From contig NC_043005.1 in the NCBI RefSeq assembly GCF_006345805.1, positions 10,416,001-10,480,000 of the forward strand: 64,000 nucleotides of DNA, in the 5' to 3' direction. Shown here one piece after another: positions 52,491 to 64,000 of the stretch. The stretch is from Octopus sinensis (taxonomy: Eukaryota). The translations under genes and the position numbers were made by a program. The stretch's first letter is position 1, and each line of letters starts with the position of its first letter. Under the pieces are notes generated by a model. It did no database searches, was not told the DNA's origin, and saw nothing but the letters and a program-made list of their open reading frames with translations.

Positions 52491-52914
52491 ATATGTATGT
52501 CTTTGCATACATATATGTATGTATCGTAAACCAAGAACCTGTTATCACATTATGAGGATTAAGGACAACTCTTATAAACAAGATCACAGGATCTAAAGAT
52601 TTCTCAGACAACAATCATATCGAAATATATATTCTCATCATCAAATTTCTAATAGATACCATTACAATTTTTACACCTGTGCATCTGTGTGTGTGTATCA
52701 AATACACATGGGTATATACCCTATTTTAACATGTATAAGAAGTCCTCATGTGTAAGGAACCCCTTAATTTTTAGGGTTTAAAATTTGGAAAAAAGATTTT
52801 GCAATGGATTATAATGTATCCATGTATAAGAAACTCCAATTTCTTTTTAACCTAATTTTTGACAAAAAGGTTCCTTATACACATTAAAATATGGTATATA
52901 TATATGTGTGTGTG

Positions 52915-53215
52915 TGTTATCATCATCGTTTAGTGTTCACTTTCCATGCTGGCATGGGTTAGACGGTTTGACTGGAACTGGTAAGCTGGAGAGCTGTACC
53001 GGGTTCCAGTCTGATTTGGCATGGTTTCTATGGCTGGATGCTCTGCCTAATGCCAAGTGTTGTGTAGTAGGTGCCTTTTACATGTCACCAGCATGGGTGC
53101 TTTTTATGTGTCTCCAGCATGGCCATGACTATGATTTCACTTGGTTTGATGAGTCTTCTCAAGCACAGCAAATTGCCAAAGGCCTCGATCACTTGTCATT
53201 GTCTCTGTGGGACCA
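52915..53215 (-). mobile_element. RTE 3'UTR fragment
   Basis: catcatcgtttagtgttcactttccatgctggcatggg... Confidence 0.85.
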
Positions 53216-53659
53216 AATTTATGTGTGTGTTTATATATATATTATATATACATATTTATATTTTATATTTATTTAGGCACATACCTGGCTATGTAGTTAA
53301 GTAATTTGTTCTCAAACATGTGGTTCTGTCTGGCATTGCAGCCATATTTCAGTGTCATGTGGTATAGCTGTTCGTACAGAGGTATCATACAATATGCCTT
53401 TCACTCTGAGTGTTCTCAAGCCTGACATGGTTCAAGGTAATATTATTAGTGCCAATGTCACAATGAAATACACTGAGTGTAAAGTGGTTGGTGATAGAAA
53501 GATGATCCAGCTGTAGAATGCCAAACTTATTTTATGATTGAGACATGGCTCTTCAACTCACCTTGGAGGATAAAAAGAGCAAAGAGGTGACTTGGATTGT
53601 GACATCCTATCCAACATGTGTGAACCTGGAAATATAAAATTTATGCTGTTGATGATACA

Positions 53660-54015
53660 TGTCTGGATGGAAGCACTCCGTTGGTTACGACGACGAGGGT
53701 TCCGGTTGATACGAATCAACGGAACAGCCTGCTCGTGAAATTAACGTGTAAGTGGCTGAGCGCTCCACAGACACGTGTACCCTTAACGTAGTTCTCAGGG
53801 ATATTCAGCGTGACACAGAGAGTGACAAGGCCGGCCCTTTGAAATACAGGTACAACAGAAACAGGAAGTAAGAGTGAGAGAAAGTTGTGGTGAAAGAGTA
53901 CAGCAGGGATCACCACCATCCCCTGCCGGAGCCTCGTGGAGCTTTAGGTGTTTTCGCTCAATAAACACACACAACGCCCAGTCTGGGAATCGAAACTGCG
54001 ATCCTATGACCGCGA
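53660..54015 (-). mobile_element. SINE family C, head partly missing
   Basis: Highly similar to 36250-36600. Confidence 0.9.
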
Positions 54016-55071
54016 TACATGTCTATCTTCCTGTATACATGTGTGTGTGTATACAATTGCACGCTAACACATTCACATGTCTCTTCATCGTTACCATCTT
54101 TAACATTCTGCATCTGCTTTGCATGTTTGTATGGGTTTAATGGATCATTAAAGTCAGTTCTTAGTTGAAATTATTACCTTTCTAGATAGGTCACAATGAC
54201 CATGTTTTGTTCATACTTACTGATCTGGGGGCTTGGTTTCTGTAGCATGGTGCCCTTCCTAACACATTTCACTTTATAGGGTCTAGTGACTGCATTGTAT
54301 TGTAACACCAACACAAGAGTTCATATCAACTCTTATTTGTCAACCTCTTTACAAAGTATATTGGAAGCATTTTATCATTGCATCAGCACTATTGGGGTTG
54401 TCTTGTAACATGTAAAATCAAAGAGTCATCATTACTTTTGGATGTATTCATTTACTCGAGCCAATTCAACTGAAAAGGTGAAGAGGTTTATTATTCAAAA
54501 AGGCTTCGTGGAAGGTGTGTGATGAAAGCATGAGTATAACAGTGAAAAGAGAGTGATTAATGTTTGAAGGTGGTAGACAGGGAGAGACTGATGGAAGTGG
54601 AGAGAAGCAGGAGTGGGTGATGAATGTCCTTAATGAGTTGCCCCTTAGAGAAAGGGTGACGGTTAGAGTGTATGTAGTCATGCAGATCTGATACAATTCC
54701 TGACATATAGTCCTTGTGATGAGTGAGTGACCGAGTGAATGGGTAGGTTCCAGTACTATTTTTCATTTCATGGGCAACATCCGTACAAGGAAAGAAAGGC
54801 AAGATGAGAATCAAAGAGAGGTGAAAGGTTAGACAGGAGTGATTCACTGCTGTCCTTTAAACTTTTTTCAGTAGCAGCATAAAACAGGGAATAGAAGAAC
54901 AGATGGTCGATGGAGATAAAAAATGTGGGAAAGAAATATTATTAAAAAGGTAGAGGAAGCAGCAAGTGTAAAAGTTGATAATATCTCTATCTCTGTTTCT
55001 CTATCTCTCTCTCTCAATTTATGTACACACGCACCACAACACACACACACACACACACACACACATCACAA

Positions 55072-55104
<33 letters not shown>

Positions 55105-55108
<4 letters not shown>

Positions 55109-55323
55109 CGCATATTTGCCATTTGAATATGGCTAACCCTTAAGGGTGGATGCTACTGTAGTTTGTAGCCCCAGGAAGATATCTCCTCCAGCTGGCTATA
55201 GACACACTATCGGTGTCATCAGTGTGTCTAGAGCCAGCGGAGGAGATATCTTCCTGGGGCTAACAAACTAAGTAGCATCCACCCTTAAGGGTTAACCATA
55301 TTCAAATGGCAAATATGCGTCAC
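55105..55323. repeat. Near-perfect foldback palindrome (~104-bp arms, 12-nt loop)
   Basis: 55105-55208 is the reverse complement of 55221-55323, with 2 substitutions and 3 single-base indels by my alignment. Confidence 0.95.
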
Positions 55324-55509
55324 GATGTGTTACCGCTAACTGTTTATAACTCGCTCTGAGATTTATCATTGTTATATATATATTTATATATATGTACACA
55401 CACACCACACACACACACACAACAAGTATATATATATCTATATATGATATATATATATATCTATATATATGTACACACACATACACACACACACACAGAC
55501 ACACACACA

Positions 55510-56400
55510 CATGCCATCATCATCATCATCATTTAACATCTGTTCTCCATGCGGATATGGATTGAGTGGATTGACAAGATCCAACAAGCCGGATGTCTGC
55601 GGCAGGCAGCAATCATTGTTCTGGCTGGGTTCCAACAGTTAAATACCCATTCTAACATCAACAACTTTTACAGGTTTCTCTCTTCAGCAAGTTCATCCAC
55701 ATTTAGCAATGAGCTCTTCCTTATACAGCTGTCCTCATCCTTAAGCATCACAAGACCGTACCAATGCAGTCTTCTCTTCCATACACCACGTCTGATGCCT
55801 TGTATGTCCAGGTTTTCTATCAACGTATGCACTTTGTCATACAAGTACACTGATGTTGCATGACCAACAGAACATTCCATTCTCGTATTTGTATGTTCTC
55901 TACATTCAGTTGCACATCTCACTACCATGTAGCCCTGCTGTTCATATGCAGCAATCATATTATCTACCTTTTACTCTGAGAGGTTTTCTTTCTGTTTTTT
56001 CTTCCCCTCCCCCACTGCCCCTTCTTTTTTCCTTGTCAACAGAAGTAATATCTCTCTGAACTTTCTCCCATCTTGTTCTCATTCTAGCAACTATACTTTC
56101 AGAACATCTTCCTATTCCGTTAATTTAGTCGCTCAAACAACAGAAACTGTCTACTAGCTCTAGGGAACCTCCGGGGCATATGAGAAAATCCTTAGTGCTT
56201 ATTGCTCCTGTGCATCTACTACACACAAAGTCTACTTCATCTATTACCTTCCTGTGTTTCCACTTCTCATCGTGTGTGTCAATAGCTTGCACTGGGTATA
56301 CTATATGGAATTCTTGCTTATACCGTTCCTACTTATTAAAGAGAGCCATTTACCTAAAGAGAGTCCTGCCTGTTGTTTTTCTGTCCACTTGAACTTTGGT
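55510..56400 (-). mobile_element. Old RTE LINE remnant
   Basis: IQGIRRGVWKRRLHWYGLVMLKDEDSCIRKS is homologous to the C-terminus of 49600-51625; catcatcat tail. Confidence 0.75.
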
Positions 56401-56475
56401 CTTTGCTAAGTTACCTTTGTATGTGTACATGCATGCATAGACACAAACCACACAATGTATATATATATATATATA

Positions 56476-56779
56476 TCTTTATATATAAAACTGGAGTTGT
56501 GTGTGTGTCTGTCTACTCCAATTTAGATTCCTAACTACTCCCACATTTTGCGGTGCAGTTTAACCAAAAGCGGGTATCTTATAGTCGTAATTCATATCAA
56601 GCCCTTCTGGGTTTTAGCGCATGTCTACGATGAGTCTACAATTTAAAAAAAAATTACCATCATTTTTCCGCATTTTTAATGCATTTTTTGCTCGGTTTAT
56701 ATAAGGGAAGTAACTCTCTAAAAATGCTTATATAGTTATTTCCCTTACAAACCCGAGCAACACCGGGCAATACTGCTAG
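56476..56779 (+). mobile_element. Non-autonomous Helitron-like element, copy 3
   Basis: A|TC...cccgagcaacaccggg..CTAG|T. Lacks the internal ~100-bp duplication seen in copies 1 and 2. Confidence 0.85.
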
Positions 56780-56899
56780 TATATATATATATTATGTGGA
56801 TATAGAGGTCTTCAAAAAGTGACTTGATATATCTATGTCTGCACTTGACCACTCTTGCACTTAAAAGAATTAGCAAAAGTCTGGTTAGGCTTATTCCGT

Positions 56900-57180
56900 A
56901 TTTGATCTTACATGATTACCTAGTTCATATAGTTCAGAATCTCTATCAGAGCTGGAGGAAGAAATTCCGGATATGGAGGCAAAACTTGAAACTGAAACCC
57001 CTGAAAGTATACTTAGCAGAGACTGAAGTCTTAATGAGTTGGAAACAAAACAGAACCCTGCTACAATGAGGGAAATAGCCATGCTGGGACTACAGGAAAA
57101 AGAATAGTTAGAAAGTCCCTATAGCGAGCCAAGGATACATAATTGACATACAAGTAGTGAAATGGAAGACTACTAGGGAA
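56900..57180 (+). mobile_element. Decayed RTE RT fragment
   Basis: SESLSELEE..RIWRQNL..KPLKVYLAETEVL (cf. ESLSELEKFQAWKHGLESKGLRVNLAKTKVL at 50827-51186). Confidence 0.7.
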
Positions 57181-57334
57181 GCTAGACTTAATATGTGGCA
57201 GGTGTACAGTAGCAGTAATCACTAAGAGCATATATGAAATAGACTCACTTAAGTACTCTGAAAATTCCCGAGAAGTAGTTGACGATACCCATGTAACCTA
57301 ATTAGCAGTGGCATCATCATTATCATCATTGTTC

Positions 57335-57650
57335 GACCGTGGTCGAGACAATGGAATTTACCATGCTACGCCAGCAAACTGGACTTCTTACCTTTCACAA
57401 GAGATGACACAGGTGGTAGGTGGTAGTTTCCAATATATTTGCATTTTGGTTGGATGGCGCTTCCACGAGAGATTTTGAGCTCTCATAAGGAGGCGAGTGT
57501 AGGTTCCATCCACGCCTCTCAACTTCTTTGATAACGTCCAGGTTTCTGAGCCATATAGTAGAATGGTTCAACTGTGGCTTTGAAGATTTCAAGTTGAAGT
57601 CTCTACTTAGATTTGATGACCAGATCTTATGAGTGGCAGTGAGTATTCTG
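57335..57650 (-). mobile_element. RTE-like LINE fragment of a third family (duplicated at ~59460-59770)
   Basis: Minus strand encodes LKIFKATVEPILLYGSETWTLSKK...DGTYTRLLMRAQNLSWKRHPT with frameshifts. Confidence 0.75.
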
Positions 57651-58030
57651 AAAGCACAGTAGCCAGAATAAGAAGAGAATGAAGCAAGTTTAGGGCTCTG
57701 TCAATTCTGTTGATGACAAAGGGATTCTTCTTCAGAATGGAAAGCAGATTGTATAATATTTGTGTATAAAGTGTGATGCTACTTGGGACTGACATGATAA
57801 TTATATATGTTAAATCTTTGTGAAGGTTAGTAAAAAAGACTTCCCTGACTGTGTAATGTTTATGTGCATATACAACAGAGTACATATGAACTGAGAAGTA
57901 AACTGACTATTAGGGGATTCCAATGCAGTGTGCAATAGATAAGATTGCATTATTGCGAGCATGAGATACATATGGAGGATGACAGCTATGTTCAAAGTGA
58001 ATAGAGTCCTTGGAAAAAAGAAATGAAAAG

Positions 58031-58064
<34 letters not shown>

Positions 58065-58065
<1 letters not shown>

Positions 58066-58178
58066 CTGTGTAGTAGTAGCTTGTTACCACCACATGGTTC
58101 CGGGTTCAGTCCCATTTGCATGGCTCTGGGCAATTGTCTTCTACTTAGCCTTGGGCTCCAAAGCACATTACACACACA

Positions 58179-58222
<44 letters not shown>

Positions 58223-58405
58223 TATATCAATAATACATATATACGACAGGCTTCTTTCAGTTTCCGTCTACCAAATCCACTCACAAGGCATTGGTCGGCC
58301 CGGGCTATAGCAGAAGACACTTGCCCAAGATGCCACACAGTGGGACTGAACCCGGAACCATGTGGTTGGTTAGCAAGCTACTTACCACACAGCCACTCCT
58401 GCACC
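58065..58405. mobile_element. Two SINE family A 5' halves in opposite orientation (duplicated at ~60190-60535)
   Basis: Plus-strand head at 58065-58165, then (TA)n, then a minus-strand head at 58240-58405. Confidence 0.85.
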
Positions 58406-58937
58406 TATAGCCACTCCTGTGCCTAGTTAAGTTAGTAAAGTTCTAGATAGTAAAGTTCTTGTTTGCAGTAACAAGACAGGACTCTACTCTCTTCAGGAAA
58501 ATAACACTGCACATTATGTAGGGAAGCTGTTGGTAGAAATTCCATCAAGTGTACTCAGTGCAAACTATGGACACACAAGAGGTGCAGCAAGATCATAAGA
58601 AGGTTGACTGAGAAAGTAGATTTTTCATGTGGCAAATGTACAGGAGTGATAAATGCTGAGGATACACTGAGAAATAATTTTCTCAAATGTTCAGGAGTAA
58701 TATCAATATTATGATATTGCCTTGGTTAGCAAAGCTATATACAGTTTAGAGTAGATGTACATTTGAATATTTGAATCCTCTAGTTGATGTTACAACTTTT
58801 TCCTGCTTACTTCTATATAATATCTTATATTTTGAGTGTGTAGTATGAGTGTATGTGCATTACTATATACTCATACATACACGCTATATATATGTGTATT
58901 ACATATATATATATATGTGTGTGTGTGTGTGTATGTA

Positions 58938-58968
<31 letters not shown>

Positions 58969-59218
58969 CAGTGTGAGTTAGAGGTTGAGAAACCAACTAA
59001 GGGATAGCACCTATCCAATATACTGCTGGTAGTGTACCCATATTCATACCCAAGTGCTAGTTATTGCGTGGCAATCTCGCAATTGAGTGTTATATATGGG
59101 CGGGTGTAAGAAGTGGTTTACCCTTGATTTATATGGCAAATGAGAAAGTGGAGAGGATACAAAATGCTTACCGGGCTGATGCCTGTCAATTTTGTATCCC
59201 CTCCACTTTCTTATTTGC

Positions 59219-59263
<45 letters not shown>

Positions 59264-59323
59264 AAATAAGAAAATGGAGAAATACATCTAAATCAATATC
59301 AATTACCAGATAATACTCAATCA

Positions 59324-59423
59324 NNNNNNNNNNNNNNNNNNNNNNNNNNNNNNNNNNNNNNNNNNNNNNNNNNNNNNNNNNNNNNNNNNNNNNNNNNNNN
59401 NNNNNNNNNNNNNNNNNNNNNNN
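59324..59423. other. Assembly gap (100 N)
   Basis: Run of N. Confidence 1.
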
Positions 59424-60157
59424 AACCTAATTAGCAGTGGCATCATCATTACACATCATTGTTCGACCGTGTCGAGACAATGGAATTTACCATGCTACGC
59501 CAGCAAACTGGACTTTCTTACCTTTCACAAGAGATGACACAGGTGGTAGTTTCCCATATATTTGCATTTTGGTTGGATGGCGCTTCCACGAGAGATTTTG
59601 AGCTCTCATAAGGAGGCGAGTGTAGGTTCCATCCAACCGCCTCTCAAACTTCTTTGATAACGTCCAGGTTTCTGAGCCATATAGTAGAATTGGTTCAACT
59701 GTGGCTTTGAAGATTTCAAGTTTGAAGTCTCTACTTAGATTTGATGACCAGATCTTATGAGTGGCAGTGAGTATTCTGAAAGCACAGTAGCCAGAATAAG
59801 AAGAGAATGAAGCAAGTTTAGGGCTCTGTCAATTCTGTTGATGACAAAGGGATTCTTCTTCAGAATGGAAAGCAGATTGTATAATATTTGTGTATAAAGT
59901 GTGATGCTACTTGGGACTGACATGATAATTATATATGTTAAATCTTTGTGAAGGTTAGTAAAAAAGACTTCCCTGACTGTGTAATGTTTATGTGCATATA
60001 CAACAGAGTACATATGAACTGAGAAGTAAACTGACTATTAGGGGATTCCAATGCAGTGTGCAATAGATAAGATTGCATTATTGCGAGCATGAGATACATA
60101 TGGAGATGACAGCTATGTTCAAAGTGAATAGAGTCCTTGGAAAAAAGAAATGAAAAG

Positions 60158-60192
<35 letters not shown>

Positions 60193-60305
60193 CTGTGTAG
60201 TAGTAGCTTGTTACCACCACATGGTTCCGGGTTCAGTCCCATTTGCATGGCTCTGGGCAATTGTCTTCTACTTAGCCTTGGGCTCCAAAGCACATTACAC
60301 ACACA

Positions 60306-60349
<44 letters not shown>

Positions 60350-61068
60350 TATATCAATAATACATATATACGACAGGCTTCTTTCAGTTTCCGTCTACCA
60401 AATCCACTCACAAGGCATTGGTCGGCCCGGGCTATAGCAGAAGACACTTGCCCAAGATGCCACACAGTGGGACTGAACCCGGAACCATGTGGTTGGTTAG
60501 CAAGCTACTTACCACACAGCCACTCCTGCACCTATAGCCACTCCTGTGCCTAGTTAAGTTAGTAAAGTTCTAGATAGTAAAGTTCTTGTTTGCAGGTAAA
60601 CAGACAGGACTCTACTCTCTTCAGGAAAATAACACTGCACATTATGTAGGGAAGCTGTTGGTAGAAATTCCATCAAGTGTACTCAGTGCAAACTATGGAC
60701 ACACAAGAGGTGCAGCAAGATCATAAGAAGGTTGACTGAGAAAGTAGATTTTTCATGTGGCAAATGTACAGGAGTGATAAATGCTGAGGATACACTGAGA
60801 AATAATTTTCTCAAATGTTCAGGAGTAATATCAATATTATGATATTGCCTTGGTTAGCAAAGCTATATACAGTTTAGAGTAGATGTACATTTGAATATTT
60901 GAATCCTCTAGGTGATGTTACAACTTTTTCCTGCTTACTTCTATATAATATCTTATATTTATGAGTGTGTATGTATGAGTGTATGTGCATTACATATATA
61001 CTCATACATACACGCTATATATATGTGTATTACATATATATATATATGTGTGTGTGTGTGTGTATGTA

Positions 61069-61099
<31 letters not shown>

Positions 61100-61348
61100 C
61101 AGTGTGAGTTAGAGGTTGAGAAACCAACTAAGGATAGCACCTATCCATATACTGCTGGTAGTGTACCCATATTCATACCCAAGTGCTAGTTATTGCGTGG
61201 CAATCTCGCAATTGAGTGTTATATATGGGCGGGGTGTAAGAAGTGGTTTTACCCTTGATTTATATGGCAAATGAGAAAGTGGAGAGGATACAAATGCTTA
61301 CCGGGCTGATGCCTGTCAATTTTGTATCCCCTCCACTTTCTTATTTGC

Positions 61349-61393
<45 letters not shown>

Positions 61394-61528
61394 AAATAAG
61401 AAAATGGAGAAATACATCTAAATCAATATCAATTACCAGATAATACTCAATCACATACTTTATTAAACCACCACAAAAGAAACTATAGGGTTAAACATAA
61501 AAAAGTAGAGCAAAACAGTATATACATA

Positions 61529-61587
<59 letters not shown>

Positions 61588-61723
61588 ATGTATGTGTGTG
61601 TATATATGTATGTATGTGTGTGTGTGTGTATATGTACATATATATATGTATGTATGTGTTTGTGTATATAGCCCCAGCATGGCCACAGCTCGTGAGCTGA
61701 AACTAGATAAATATAAAAAAAAT

Positions 61724-61761
<38 letters not shown>

Positions 61762-62152
61762 AACATTTATTACATATATATATATGGTTGTGTGGGTATG
61801 TTGTGTGTGTATATTATATATATAATATATATATTATATATATATCATATGTACATATGTATGTGTGTATATATAGATATATATATATATGTATATAAAT
61901 GTATGTATATATATATATATATTGTTGCTATTTATGCAAAAGTATCGTAATTCCAAAACCTTGCTTTTTTAGAAAACAGAAATAGTTTCACCATTCCTCA
62001 TTCCATTGCAAAACCGTTGTACTACACTTTGACAATTTTTGATATCTTGGCATCTGAGCAGCTTGCCAAATTTGGACATACAATAGTTTAACATAATAGT
62101 AACAATATAAATGTCTCTCTCTCTCTCACTCTCTTCTCTGCTATATATATAT

Positions 62153-62192
<40 letters not shown>

Positions 62193-62471
62193 ATGTAAGT
62201 ATCACTATCTGTATATGTATGTGTGTGTGTGCATCTATACTCCTATGCATGAAGAGGTGTTTGTCTGCTACAAGCTTAGCTCCCAACTGATGCTAGCACT
62301 CTTTTTCAGCTGAGTTAACTTGGGTATCATGAAATGAATTGCTTTGCTTATGAGCCCAACATACCACTCAGTCCAGGAATCAGCTCCGTGACCTTTTGAT
62401 TTTAAGCCTAATATCCTAACCTCTAAGTTATTTGCCTTTGCTTTCTATCTGTCTGTCTCTCTCTGTATATA

Positions 62472-62504
<33 letters not shown>

Positions 62505-62684
62505 ACAGATATATATATACTGAGAGAGACAATATATATATATATATATGCTAAGAGAGACAGTATATATATATATTTCCGTAAACCTGCCTTCGTCTTT
62601 TGTCTATTTTCATAAAGCTTCCCGTTATATATATATATATATGTATGTATGTATGTATATATATATATATATAAATATGTATGT

Positions 62685-62815
62685 ATTTCTTTATTACCCA
62701 CAAGGGGCTAAACACAGAGGGGACAAACAAGGACAGACATAGGTATTAAGTCGATTACATCGACCCCAGTGCATAACTGGTACTTAATTTATCGACCCCG
62801 AAAGGATGAAAGGCA
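62685..62815 (-). mobile_element. SINE family B 3' half
   Basis: Nearly identical to 41525-41655. Confidence 0.9.
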
Positions 62816-62819
62816 TATA

Positions 62820-63231
62820 TACATATATATATATATACATATATACATACATATATATATACATACATACAACATATACATACATACATACATACACATA
62901 CCTACATATATACATACAACAACATACTATATATACATACATACATATTATATATATATATATAATATAATATATTATATATATATATACATACATATAT
63001 ATATATATTATACATATACATACATACATGTATATGTATTATATTATATGTATGTATAATATATATATATATATATATATATTATATCTATATTATATTA
63101 TATATATATGTATGTATGTATGTATATATATGTATGTATGTATGTATATATGTATGTATGTATGTATTATATGTATGTATGTTATATATATATGTATGTA
63201 TTATGTTATATATATATTATGTATATGTATA

Positions 63232-63276
<45 letters not shown>

Positions 63277-63410
63277 GTACGTATGTATGTGTGTCTATAT
63301 AATGTGTGTGTATATATGTATGTATATCTGTATATATATATATATATATATTATATTATATATACAGTGTGTGTGTGTATATATTATATATACACACATA
63401 CACACGCACA
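62820..63410. repeat. Compound TA/TACA microsatellite block
   Basis: Direct inspection. Confidence 0.95.
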
Positions 63411-64000
63411 TATCAATCTCTAAATAATTAATGACAACCACTTTCGATTTTATAACATAAGAGATTAATTATATTTGTCTTTTGTTATGTTCATTATGAA
63501 TATTCACAATTCAGTTTAGAATATTTATCGAAATAGTATCTAATGGTTAACTGACTTAACGAATGCAGGATTAATGAAAATCAGCCACAGTAACCTATCA
63601 TTGTCCAATTATTCCCATCCTTACCAGTCTTTCTTGCCGCTTCTACTGCCACTCTAATGCAGATATGGAACAAGTATTATGGCTGTTGTCAATTTTATTT
63701 TGTGATAAATGTGATAAATTTCACCTACCATATATTCTGTTTATTACTATGATATATTTTATTCAACCAAGTAATATATTTGTGAAAAATTAACACCACA
63801 TTCACCACCATAACTGAAAATAAAAGTGGCCGGGTACCATAAATGTCTCTATCACATTATAGTCTATCACTCATAATTTAAGGTAAAAAGTAGGTCATAT
63901 TTAGAATTATTCTTTCCATTATATAAAGATAATTGTCTTTTTCTTGCAAAAAATGAAAATATAATAAATTTGGCATTTAATTTTGTGTTAAATTTCTATT

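Larger units (their letters stand above)
57295..61453 (+). repeat. ~2.03-kb direct duplication (57295-59323 and 59424-61453) split by an assembly gap
   Basis: Copy 1 ends exactly at the N run and copy 2 starts exactly after it; differences are mostly 1-bp indels. Confidence 0.95.

Noticed and set aside
54440-54850. Purine-biased segment as a specific LINE or PLE
   Set aside because: No diagnostic motif could be recovered.
55216-55222. CTGATGA on the minus strand at the foldback centre
   Set aside because: No downstream GAAA or stem II; cannot be called a hammerhead.

Overview
AT-rich, microsatellite-saturated animal genomic DNA. The repeat families match my recollection of octopus/cephalopod repeats; this is an inference, not verified. 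No confidently identifiable host gene. The window is dominated by mobile elements: three tRNA-headed SINE families, RTE-type LINE fragments with (GAT)n tails, CR1-type LINE fragments, a decayed R4/Dong-like (REL endonuclease) fragment, three non-autonomous Helitron copies and a hAT-like MITE. The most informative locus is a 5'-truncated Penelope-like element at 21848-24167. It has a C-terminal GIY-YIG endonuclease, ~540-bp inverted pseudo-LTRs and a type I hammerhead ribozyme in each repeat. A separate solo hammerhead at 30180-30262 shares a covarying long stem II and a conserved internal motif with them. A decayed inverted hammerhead dimer (4403-4605) and a 219-bp foldback (55105-55323) may belong to the same class of events. 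The 2-kb duplication around the 100-N gap is probably an assembly artefact. Most ORFs in the supplied track are microsatellite or repeat translations. A few candidate spliced exons are reported at low confidence. Coordinates of decayed repeats are approximate.
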